This document shows positions 49,107 through 59,900 of a stretch of DNA of 64,000 nucleotides, piece after piece. Origin of the DNA: Eukaryota sp. GEM-RC1 (taxonomy: Eukaryota); contig JAUFOQ010000010.1 in NCBI GenBank assembly GCA_040285855.1, positions 1,550,001 to 1,614,000 of the forward strand, in the 5' to 3' direction. Positions within the stretch are counted from its first letter, which is position 1. Each line of letters begins with the position of its first letter. Both the position numbers and the translations under genes were made by a program. The notes beneath the pieces are model-generated. The model saw nothing but the letters and a program-made list of their open reading frames with translations, did no database searches and was not told where the DNA came from.

Positions 49107-49480
49107 TTACCCCTTTGAGGAGTATGATTTCTTACCTTTCCTCTCTTCCTTGGAGGTAGTTTTATCTGACAACGATTACAGTACTGTAGTAGCTTTTCGT
49201 TAATTCTATAACCATCTCTAAGAGATTCGAGTGGTTGCCAGATGGATGGACCTTGTACAAATTTGACAAGAAATAAATGTTCTTTCTCATTGATGTGGTG
49301 ATCGAGTACATCTTCTACAACAAATTCATCCATGTCTAGAGCTGCTAGTCTTTTAGCGTTGTCATTGAGGATATTTGGAGTAAAAGGGATGAGGTGGTAC
49401 TGAGATACAACATAAGAGCTTTCATTAACAATGCTCTTGATTCTATAGCCATTCGAGCCAAGAATCTCTGGAAACAACAA
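49091..49480 (-). CDS. Integrase tail and chromodomain (out of frame with IN)
   Basis: DEFVVEDVLDH..FLVKFVQGPSIWQPLESL; stop codon lies inside the LTR. Confidence 0.85.
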   Translation of the reverse strand: MLFPEILGSNGYRIKSIVNESSYVVSQYHLIPFTPNILNDNAKRLAALDMDEFVVEDVLDHHINEKEHLFLVKFVQGPSIWQPLESLRDGYRINEKLLQYCNRCQIKLPPRKRGKVRNHTPQRGNVVSE

Positions 49481-51644
49481 AAGGACCTGTATGTTTCAAG
49501 AATTTGTTTTTGCCCAAGTCTTTCCTTAGGACAAGATCGCCTACTTTGAAGAGAGGAGTGCTTGGGTTACGAGATTCAACCAGGGAAGCTTGTGTGAGGT
49601 TAGCTTTGTTCCAGAGTTCGTTGAGAGTTGTTTCTAGTTCCAATAGATATTTAGTTGCCTTGGTTCGATTGTCAAGTTTGACATCACTTGCAGGTTGGGA
49701 GATAATGTGTTCAATGACGTTTCTCCTAGGCAATGTGTTGGTTCCAAAAAGTAGAGTGAATGGAGAGAATCCTGTTGAGCTACAGGGAATCGAGTTTATA
49801 ATGAGCTGGATAATTGGTATAAGCTTCGACCAATTCTTCCTTTCATTCAGCTCTGCGGTGTATTTGTTTAGGGTTGAACGAATCTCTTTGTTCCTTCGTT
49901 CTGCTAGCCCATTTGACTCATGGTGGTGTGGATACGAAAACATATGTTTGACATTCAGTCTTTTGAGAACTGCAGATAAGACAGTATTGTCGAATTCGGA
50001 ACCTCCATCTGATCTAATTGACTCAGGGAGTCCAAAGAAGCAGAAGACGTCGGTAAATATAGAATCAGCAACGGTTTCAGCACGAATGTCTGTCGTAGGG
50101 CATAAGATTGAGAATCTGGTAAAAGCATCGGTAATAGCAAGAATATATTTGTTCCCTAATGCATCTTGTTGTAGAGGACCAATCATATCGACGTGAACGG
50201 ACTGGAAGGGTAAGTTTGAGAATAATTTACCGGTTGAAGAGACGTTGTTAAAAGAAAGTTCTTGGAATTTCTGACAGATTCCACAGTTGGAAAGGACGGT
50301 TGATATGTCTTCTTTGAATAAAGTGGGATTTAGGTTCCAAAGTTTTAGTCTAGATAATAGTCGGTTTTTGCTTAAGTGTCCATTTTCACGGTGAATTGTG
50401 TCGATGAATTCAAAACGGCTTTCTTTATCGGAGATCAGATTTTGGAGATCGAAATTACGGAAGATCTCATTGTCGGCGGGTGTGAGACAAGTTAAGACAT
50501 TTGTTTCTTCCTGTGAAAGTCGAGACAGGAGATCCGCCCATTGGTTATCTTTTCCTTTGATATGATGGATAGAGAATTCATATTCGCTGAGAATCGGTTT
50601 CCATCTAGTGAAAAGTGGATTGTTTTCACTGTTGTTCAACAGAAAGAGAATATTTCGGTGATCAGTGTGTAGTTCAAAATGTCTACCCAATAGAAGTTCT
50701 CGGTTGGGTTGGTAGGTTAACGTTGCAACAATAGCATAGAGTTCCTGTTTAATAGTCTGCCAGGATTGTTGACATTTAGTCAGTTTTCTGGAGAAGAAGG
50801 CAACAGGTTTCAAAGAGCGTTCTGAAAGTGGTTTGTTTGGTTGGTATGGCAGGGTTTCTATAAAGATTGTAGCACCTATGGCTTTAGATGATGCATCAGT
50901 TGTTACAATAAGTCGGGAGTCTGGGCCTGGTAAAGTAAGTGGTACAATGTTTGCAACTTTAGCTTTGATTTCGTTAAAACAGTCTTCGTGTTCCGATGAT
51001 GGTTCAAATCTGTCCTGATTGATCAGTTCATCGAGTTTCGCTCTAGATTCGCTTAGATTTGGGATGAAATCTCGAAGAAAGTTTACACAGCCAAGAAAGG
51101 AGCGAAGTTCAGTTGAAGTTTTGGGAAAAGGGAGTTCGGTTAAAGCAGACGTCTTGTTGGGGTCGGGAAGTCGTTGACCGTTACAGAAGATTGTTCCAAC
51201 GATGCGAATTGGAAACTTGTTGGTGGTGATAATGCTTTTCTGAGGAGAAAGCCGAATGTTATGTTCTCTACATGTGGACAAAATCCAAACAAGATTGTTA
51301 CGGAAGTTTTCGTAAGTTGTTTCGAACTCAGTCAGATCATCAATATAGATCCAAGTGTGGTGGCTATCAAGGATATTGGAAATTTGTTTCTGGAAATGAC
51401 CTGGAATATTAGCAAAGCCGAAGGGAGCTCTGAGATATTCTATTTTTCTACCCGGTATAGCTATGGCGGTTTTCGGGATGTCTCGTTCTAGAACCGGAAT
51501 TTGATGGAAGGCGCGAGGAAGGTCAAAACATGCAATAAAGTTCGCTCTAGATAGTTTTTCGTGAATTTCTGACAGTTTAGGTATGTCAGGAATACCAGTG
51601 ACCAGAATTTCGTTGATTTTTGAGTAGTCTCCTGTGAGACGGGG
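49443..51644 (-). CDS. Pol: RT-RNase H-integrase
   Basis: Frame open from ~51644: PRLTGDYSKIN..FDLPRAFHQ..YIDD; TDAS; H..H..CGIC; VDMIGP/SDGG/NGLAERR. Confidence 0.9.
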   Translation of the reverse strand, partial: PRLTGDYSKINEILVTGIPDIPKLSEIHEKLSRANFIACFDLPRAFHQIPVLERDIPKTAIAIPGRKIEYLRAPFGFANIPGHFQKQISNILDSHHTWIYIDDLTEFETTYENFRNNLVWILSTCREHNIRLSPQKSIITTNKFPIRIVGTIFCNGQRLPDPNKTSALTELPFPKTSTELRSFLGCVNFLRDFIPNLSESRAKLDELINQDRFEPSSEHEDCFNEIKAKVANIVPLTLPGPDSRLIVTTDASSKAIGATIFIETLPYQPNKPLSERSLKPVAFFSRKLTKCQQSWQTIKQELYAIVATLTYQPNRELLLGRHFELHTDHRNILFLLNNSENNPLFTRWKPILSEYEFSIHHIKGKDNQWADLLSRLSQEETNVLTCLTPADNEIFRNFDLQNLISDKESRFEFIDTIHRENGHLSKNRLLSRLKLWNLNPTLFKEDISTVLSNCGICQKFQELSFNNVSSTGKLFSNLPFQSVHVDMIGPLQQDALGNKYILAITDAFTRFSILCPTTDIRAETVADSIFTDVFCFFGLPESIRSDGGSEFDNTVLSAVLKRLNVKHMFSYPHHHESNGLAERRNKEIRSTLNKYTAELNERKNWSKLIPIIQLIINSIPCSSTGFSPFTLLFGTNTLPRRNVIEHIISQPASDVKLDNRTKATKYLLELETTLNELWNKANLTQASLVESRNPSTPLFKVGDLVLRKDLGKNKFLKHTGPFVVSRDSWLEWL

Positions 51645-52432
51645 TTCTTTCCAGATTTTTCAACGAGTACCACCGGAGAAGAGTAGGGAGAAGTTGATGG
51701 TCGGGCTAGGCCTTTTTCAATAAGGGAGTCGAAAATCGCATTTGCAAGTTTGAGTTTCCGAGGAGGTAATGGTCTAGGAGATGAAGAAATGATCTTCTCG
51801 AATTTGAGGGGAAGTGCTAGAGGTTCGCATTTTATACCTTCAGGTGGCATTTTTGGGTCAAAGACGTCACTGAATTCCTCGAGTAATCCTCGAAGGTCTT
51901 CTTGTTGGTCCTCTGAAAACCCTTGAATGGTGATACCATTTGTTGACTTGGAAGCCTGATCTGTCTGAAGAACTGTTGGATATAGTTCTTCCACAGGATC
52001 ATCATCAGTATCAAGTTTTTGATTAGGTTGGAAGTGGAAAGATGTGTCAGTAAGACAACCAATCTTTCTCAGGTAATCACAACCGAGGATAATTTTGTTT
52101 TGCTCCGAGATAATAAACAAGTCTTGCTTTACCACACTGGGCTTGGAATCGATTAAGTCGATTTCAATAGGAATGTCTTTGGCGACCCTTTGTGTATTGG
52201 TGCGTCCAGAAATCGTTCTTAGTTCAAGGCAATTATCCAATCGAGTTGAGGTAAGATTTAGAGAGTGCTGGATATTTTCGGACAATAGAGAGATGCTCGA
52301 GCCTGTATCGATGATTGCTTCTAATTTCTTATTGTTGATGGTGACTGGGCATTGAAGTGGTTTTGTTTCGTTTGACGATATTTGGAACACATCTTTATGT
52401 TTGGATCGAGGAGGTGGGGGTTGTTGGGACAA
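51488..52432 (-). CDS. Pol: aspartic protease and RT N-terminus
   Basis: AIIDTGSSISL; PSTSPYSSPVVLVEK. Confidence 0.9.
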   Translation of the reverse strand: MSQQPPPPRSKHKDVFQISSNETKPLQCPVTINNKKLEAIIDTGSSISLLSENIQHSLNLTSTRLDNCLELRTISGRTNTQRVAKDIPIEIDLIDSKPSVVKQDLFIISEQNKIILGCDYLRKIGCLTDTSFHFQPNQKLDTDDDPVEELYPTVLQTDQASKSTNGITIQGFSEDQQEDLRGLLEEFSDVFDPKMPPEGIKCEPLALPLKFEKIISSSPRPLPPRKLKLANAIFDSLIEKGLARPSTSPYSSPVVLVEKSGKNPVSQETTQKSTKFWSLVFLTYLNCQKFTKNYLERTLLHVLTFLAPSIKFRF

Positions 52433-53286
52433 TCCTTAACAAAGTGATCTGAGCTTCCACAATGCAAGCATAAACCAGAGCTTTTAGGATATTTAAAACG
52501 ATATTGTTTCCGAGGTTTTGAGTCATTGGCAGTTTTGGTATCTTGAATTCTCTGTTGATTTGAGAGTTGAGGTCTGGGTCTTAAACGTTGTGATTTTTGC
52601 AGTTTTCTAGCTTCGTGATAAACATCTTTCAAACTGCGGTGATAACCTAAGTCGACGTTTTCTTCCAGCTGTTGAGCAATGAATGAAGGTTGCAGGTTCC
52701 GTAAGAAGTAGCGTATCACAGTCTTGGACTTTGAACTGAGATTACATCGATCTGTTATCTCTAGGAAGCGCACGTAGTAGTCTGTGAGCTGGTGCATTGG
52801 ATTGTTGATCTTCGCACTCATCCTACAGGATCTCATGAGGCGTTTTGCTTCATATGGATCTGATATCTTAGTTAAAGATAGTAGATAAGTATGGATCTTT
52901 TTCGGGGACTTGCTTTCAGCTTCCAGTTGGATGACTTTTAGGAGCCTTTTCGGAATAAGCTTTGTGATAGGCAACGGGTTTTCACAGTTCTTATAGAGTT
53001 CGTATTTCTCTAAAAAGAATGTAATGTCTCTTTCAGAGAGTGATCGTAAAACGGCAGGACGGACAGCGGAGGACTCTAGCAACACTTTCTTTAGGAGTTT
53101 GTTGATCGGGGTGGTGTCTTGTGCTTCGGGATGGCTTGTTTCGTCGTCTGAATTTTCATAGTCGGGTATTTCGGAATCGTTCCCGGAACTGGTCTGACCG
53201 TTGTCAGCGGACGCGTAAGAGGTAACTTCGGAATCCGAGTTAACATCTTCATCTATGTGGTTAAAATCGGGATCAGAAGCGGGCAT
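52321..53286 (-). CDS. Gag
   Basis: Acidic N-terminus, CLHCGSSDHFVKDC knuckle; ATG 29 nt after the 5' LTR. Confidence 0.9.
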   Translation of the reverse strand: MPASDPDFNHIDEDVNSDSEVTSYASADNGQTSSGNDSEIPDYENSDDETSHPEAQDTTPINKLLKKVLLESSAVRPAVLRSLSERDITFFLEKYELYKNCENPLPITKLIPKRLLKVIQLEAESKSPKKIHTYLLSLTKISDPYEAKRLMRSCRMSAKINNPMHQLTDYYVRFLEITDRCNLSSKSKTVIRYFLRNLQPSFIAQQLEENVDLGYHRSLKDVYHEARKLQKSQRLRPRPQLSNQQRIQDTKTANDSKPRKQYRFKYPKSSGLCLHCGSSDHFVKDCPNNPHLLDPNIKMCSKYRQTKQNHFNAQSPSTIRN

Positions 53287-53315
53287 CTACCTTCGATGTA
53301 GCAAAGTAACGTTAC

Positions 53316-53416
53316 TGTGCCGATATCTAGATATGAAACTGAAGGAATACTTTATTAGGTCAAATGTACGGACTATAACTACTGGTGACGTGTCATAGTG
53401 TCATTCTGACACTACA
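53316..53416 (-). repeat. 5' LTR (101 bp)
   Basis: Identical to 49006-49106. Confidence 0.96.
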
Positions 53417-53926
53417 ATACAAACAGTAAGCAACAGGCTTCACTACAGTCATAAGCACTTTAGTAACTCCATTATACTTCAAAAATCCAAAATGAGAAAA
53501 GTAACGAAACTTCAAACTTAGTTTTCTACTTACAGTTGTTCAGTGACACTTAACCGACTCACATTAATTTTAAGCCAACCTTCGCCATTCCTGCCAGCAA
53601 AACGGAAACAACTTCTTTCCTCTGTAACTTTGTTAACACTGTAATGTTGTAAAAATACAGTAGTGTTCCTGTTAGGTCAACGTTGAAAAAAACGAACAGT
53701 TTATTGTTAAAAGAGAAATCCTTAAGACAGAGTGACACGTCATCAGATGTGAAGATAACTACTACAGTAGGTATTGCTATCTTCACTATCACTACCTCTT
53801 CTCAGCTTTTTTACAGGGTTTGTATAACAGTTATTGTCAAAAGTATGTGTAGGTTCATCTATAATGATGGAGTTGATGAATTTCACTTTGGCTCTATAAG
53901 AGCGTTCATTGACCTTGTGGAACCTG

Positions 53927-56900
53927 GAAACAGGTTCATAATTAATGTCTCCTGTTATCAAACGTACAAAGCAGGATTCTGACGACACCTTCTTGGAATA
54001 TCCTGAAGATTGTTTTGAAGGATGTACTTAAGAAGGCAGTGCCCAAACTTTTCAAAAACTTCTTTAGAGGGATTCGCCGAATCAACGTTGTACTTCTATT
54101 ATGGTGTTGCTAAAAGTGCCCGTGATATTTTTAAAATTGAAGACATTACCTTTTATTTTCGTCAAGACATTGAAGTCAAAAGTCCTCGAGGCAGCAAGAA
54201 GGTACAACAACTTCAGCATATTACAGTGGATGAAGTTGTTTGTTTTGTTAGAAGTCATTTTCTAAACACATCACAAAAGCAACAAATTCAGTTGTTTAAT
54301 TATGAAAATCTGCTAATTTCTAAGAAGTCTACTTCAGATACCAGGGACTGGAAACCGCTAAAGGATGCTCAATTAAGAAACTGGCTTAACAACGGAATAG
54401 AAGGGTTGATTTTCAAGTGGCTGTGAAACTGATATTATTATTGTACCTTTTGTTAACTTGTTGTCTTAATTCTACTCTTTCCATCATTCTCGATGAACCC
54501 TTCCTTTGTAACCAAACCATTACATTTAATGAAGAATCCATTGAAGTCAATAAATATGTCCTTGCTGCTCATTCTACGTACTTCCGATCCCTCTAGTTCT
54601 TAGAGTTTGGGGATAAACTCGAGAACCCCATCGACTTCTCACATCTCCCAGTTGATTCTAACAACATGGTACCTAAGACCAACAATAATTAATGTGGCCT
54701 CTGTAAAGCAGAGTAGTCTCAATGTGTATGTGCTCCGGAGCATTTCACTCCTGGTAGCTTACCTAACCAAAGCACTAGTTCTGACCCTTCCTCAAGTCCT
54801 TCTTCGGAAAGTCATTCACCCTCAACGAGAGCAACGCTTATGCCTTCTACTATCTCGTCCACTACTTCCAAGTGGAGAAACTGATACTATTGTTGTCGAT
54901 TTTCCGGATACGAAATCATTGGATTGAGGTTGATTTTGAACTATCCAAAGGAGATCAATCATTTTCTATGACGGACCAGAAACAATATATATTCTATACT
55001 TGAAATAATCTTCTGTACTTAGAATTCACAAAGAACTCTACTAATGATTACATTTCCCTTGATCTTACAAAGTTACTGAGGATCAGATTGAGCTTCTTCT
55101 AACCAAAAATGTTCTATCTGGAGACTATCATTGCGCTGTTTTCCATGAACCTATTATTAGAAGAGCTGCATGTACAATGTTTGAAAGTCACAATTAAAGA
55201 TCTTGCAATGAAACTCTATGTCATCAAATGTAGATTTACGTTCAGTTTCAGGAATTAAATGAATTCTTTTAGAACACTGTTCCTTCTGATACTCTTTCTC
55301 TTTTCTCACTGTTGAATATGCCAAGGAGCTCTGCCAAGGTGTAAGCTATCTCCATAGTAAGTCAATTGTCCATGGAGATCTCAAGCCAGGAAATGTGTTG
55401 ATTGTTGATGATAGATATGCTGTTGTTGTTCAGCCATACAAGAATGTACAAGGAGACTATGATCCCAGAGTTGAATGTAAGTGCTGTCTAGCTGTCTTCT
55501 ATGTCCATTAATTGTTTTACTTGGGTATCAAGTGATCAAGACAATTACCTTGATTATTGCAACTTTGTACACCAAGAATGGCTAAAAAAATGACTGAAAT
55601 TTTGAAAATGCAACTTTTGAATATGATGAAATTCTGAGTAGTGAAAATTCCTTCCTACACTGAATAGAACTACACATATTATAATAATCAATACAATGTA
55701 AAGAAACGCGTCAAAAATAAATCTTTTGATTAAATCCAAACGAGATAACAAATCTAAGTTCATCTTTCATTGAAATCGTCTTAACCAATATCCATGAGAA
55801 ACACGCGTGTTGTGGTCCTTGTAATGCTAGATCTTCACGTAAGTCTGAGAAGTTTAGTTACTGATTCAATGATGACGTGATCATGGGGTTATTACTATCA
55901 CTGAAAACAACCAGAGTAAGTAGGAAGATTTGTTACTATATATTGATGGCGACGTTTGCTAAGGTCATAAAGCACGTCATCTTTTAACTCTAGAAGTAGT
56001 ACTTGATGATCGTTGACAAAGAAAGACGGAAGATATAGACAATAAAACAAGTCATGAAGAGTACCAATAGACTCTCAAGAAGGTAGGAGAACCAAGGAAA
56101 GTAATAGTATTACTTCCACAAGTACTAGCAAAGATCGATGACGTGTCATTTGGATTTGATGACGTGTCACTTAGGGTACTGGGTAACCACATTCACCACT
56201 AGTGAGTAGAATCCAATAGTAAGTACTGAGAAGTAGAGGAGATCTAGTATTGGAAGAGAGAAGAAGTAGATAGTTGGAGTGAAGAACTAGAGAGATGAAA
56301 GGTTGGTAGGATTCAGAAAACTTCTGATCTTTTGGGGATTGTTAGTATTCATTAGTGTTTCTGAGAGATTGTGTAGGAGAAGTGAAGTGGGATTTAGCTT
56401 CAAAGTTTGAGGAAGAGCGGTCGAACTCTCTCCTGTTTTGAACAACAATATGGTGTATAAGGTCATTCGTCTCCTTCTATTTCCAAGATCCTAGTTGGAG
56501 TAGAAGGATGAAGGGATTTCCCTCTCTTTGAGGGGGGGAGAGGGAGGGCGACCGATGCAATGCTCATATGGAAGTAAAGATCGACGAGAAGCAGGATTGG
56601 AAACAACACACAAGCTCCGGGAGAGAGAGAGTACACAGTTGATCCAGTGGCGGTAACTAAGGGAAGCAACAAACATTTGGAGGAACATGATTGTCTAGAA
56701 CTCGAGGGCGTATAGAAGGAGGTCTTTTGGTATTATGTAGTGGTGTTGGAAGTTCTAGTAGAGAGTTGATTGATGCATAAACCGTAGTCATCTTATGTTC
56801 ATCAAGCTTCATATCCAACTCGGAATTCTTCTCTCCTGAGGTTGCCCTCAACCAGTCTCATGTCTCCTACTACTGCTTGGCAGTTCTTCTATAGAAAAGT

Positions 56901-59900
56901 GAGGTATTTTTTGACTTTTGTTTCTCTAGTGACGCCTTGTGCTATCGGTTTGGTCATATACGTGATTTTTGTCTACTTGATTAAAGTGCTTTATCCCTCA
57001 AACAAGATCATATTCTAGTAACTGCCTTTCACAGGTTTATTGAAATGTTCCTCTGGTGTGTCATCATCCTTCAATGATTCTTTACTAACACGTACTAACG
57101 CTTCACCGACTTTGTTTTACTCCAAAGTACTCGTACATCTCAAGAACTAATATAATTCATGCTTCAAATTTCATCATATCACTGCTTTATACTTCTACTC
57201 TGTCCTTTTGCTCTCAGTGGTTGTTCATTCTTTCTTCACTTACAGTCTTTTTTTTGGTTAGTTAGTGGGTTTTGTATTAGTAATTCGATGTTTTACTCAC
57301 TTCTTTTTGTCTACTTCAACTTTGTATCATCAAGTTGTACTAAATCTTAGGATAACTTTTCATTGAACATAATTCTACTCTATGATGAAAGCTAATTTTC
57401 ATCATTTCATTGAATTTGAATTCAATATAACTGTAATTCATTAAAGGAAACTTGAAATTGAAACCATCAAGGTCAATATGGTTTCGACGTTTTCAAAATA
57501 GGCAACATATGACATTAACTAATTGTACAGAAACTAAGAAAACCAAACATCTTCAATGTTGTCTTCACTTTCACTTCCAATAACAACTACAGCTTCAATC
57601 ACGCGCATCTCAGAGCATAAACTTAATTTGTTTCTCTCTCCGTGACGATAGACATAGAACTGCTTGAACAGTTGTACACAGAAAGCAGAGTCATTCTTTT
57701 TGACAACAAATCTAGCCTTTGAAAAGACATGTTCACATGAAACAGAGGTTTCTTGCACTGTAAGCGTGTACCAGGCGAAGCAGGCCAACTTGGGAAACAT
57801 CCTGACCTTTCTGCTAGAAAAAATTATGTCCGTATTGCTTTTGGGTGTTCTCACAAAGTTTTAGACCGACGAACAATCCACCTTTTAGGGAATGATCTTG
57901 TAGTTTGTCTACTGATGCCGGTTCTACGGCAGTTTTGACGAAGGTAGTATACCTTGTTTAGAGAGAAAAAATCCAAGAGAAAATAGCTACATGTACATTT
58001 CAGATATAGACGACGTGTAACACTTGTTACCAACATTTCTCTTCCTTCTTTTAAGCTTTCTAAAGCTTAATGAAGAACGAGTGTTACCGGTTAGTGAGAG
58101 AAATGAGAATTATACCAGGCGGCCGTCTTCATGATTTCCTTGAGTGGTTCTACAGATGTTGAACATCGATCCAACGTACAACAGTGGTTCGAGCAGTGAG
58201 CTCTACATCGATTATATCCGTCAGAATAGTTTCTTGTTGATCCATATCAGCAATTGTCTGGAGATATTCAGGATTGGAGTTCGACGGTTAGAAAGGTCTC
58301 AAAAGCTTGCTGGAGGTTGTCAACTCATTACCACTAACGAGGTTGAGGATCTTTACCTTGCTGGTGGTTACTTTGAATGGACCAAGCCAAGATCCATGGA
58401 GTCGTTGAAGGACTAAGTCTCATACTTGGAAGGAATTCTTTGTTGATGAAACCTTAACCCTAATGCTGAAAGATACTGAAGAATCAAGAAGAGAAGATTT
58501 ATAAAGAAGATACCGTCAATTCCACAATACATCCACAACATCACTCTTTTCCAGTTCTTTCAAGTGTTCTAGGGGGTTGGTGTATCTTAACGTATTGCGT
58601 TGAGCTTTGTCGGCCACACAAAGGCAATATGTCCCTTTTCTCCACATTTGAAACACAACTTTTAAGACAAAGCCTCTACATGGCTTTCTTTGTCCGTGAG
58701 TTTGGTCGTGAGGGACTGGGTGCTATGGTGGTTCGTTATGATGCGAGACGAAGGTTTGTTGGTCGTACGGTACCCATCAAGTCGTTCAAAAGCGCTGCAT
58801 TCATCAATTACCTCTTGTAGCACAATAGTCATCGAGAGGATGGAACCGGCTTTAATGCGTTCTACGAACTCTATGACAATCCTGGTGGGACGAACCTCTT
58901 CGTCAAATTGATTCATCCACCATGGGAGGTCAGGGTTGAGGTGACTGGCTCTCTTCCTCAATCTCTGAAATTTTATAAATTTCTTAAAATCTGGCGTATC
59001 TACCATTTCAGATGAGGAAGACAGTCGACTGCGAGAATTCCATTGATTTACACGTTCAAAGTCAGTCAGATCTTCGATGGTAACTTCGACGGGTTCAGAC
59101 CAGGAGTTGTAATAGCCACCAGCTGCACGAGTTTTGAGAGATTCAGAGAGACCTTTGACGACACCCTTAACAAACCTGGACAATATGGCTTTTTCTTGGA
59201 GCTCATATTTCTTTGCTCGGCATTTGATAGCAACTACTTGTTTTGATCCAACACTCGGGCACGAGGATTTGTGATAGGAGAATCCATTTTCAGCTGGAGA
59301 AAAGCTTCATAGACTTCTTCAATGGAGGCTTATTCACAGCAAGATTCTAGGAACCTCCTCAGTTCTTCTTCACTCTTGGTGAAATCAAGGTTGGCAAAGG
59401 AGATGGACTCCAATAAGTCATCTTCAACACAATTCCACAGAGTGAGTCTTGCACCACCAGCTGCGACTTCATCACAACCAGAGTATTCCAGCAGGGACCT
59501 GCTAATACTCTCCACTGTTGTGACTGTCAGCCTTGATATAGTTCTTTGGCACGTTGATTTAACGGTAATTATTCTAGGATTTGTATAGTTCGAAACACAT
59601 CTTACCAGTTTGGGTCAATAATTATTGATTCCGAAAGGCACTGAAATTCAAGATGAGAAGATTTATAAAGAAGATAATTCTACTATACATCCACAACATT
59701 TTGGACATTGAGTATATTTAAAAGATGTGCTTGCTCGTCCAATGACGGGTTGATAAGAAATTTTCCAACGCTGGCTGGATGAGGGTGTATATTATGTCGA
59801 ATAACTCTTTTGAATTATAGACCAGTTTGCATGAGTTTTGCTTAGAGTTTTGGAGAAACAACTAATACTAGTAGGTTCCAAATTTTGGAACGCGAAAGGA

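Larger units (their letters stand above)
49006..53416 (-). mobile_element. Complete compact Ty3/gypsy chromovirus-like LTR retrotransposon 2 (4411 bp)
   Basis: Identical TG..CA LTRs; TSD ATAC (49002-49005, 53417-53420); gag-PR-RT-RH-IN-chromodomain. Confidence 0.96.

Noticed and set aside
49504..50196. 230-aa plus-strand ORF, and similar ORFs antisense to pol genes
   Set aside because: Shadow frames of integrase/RT with no independent motifs
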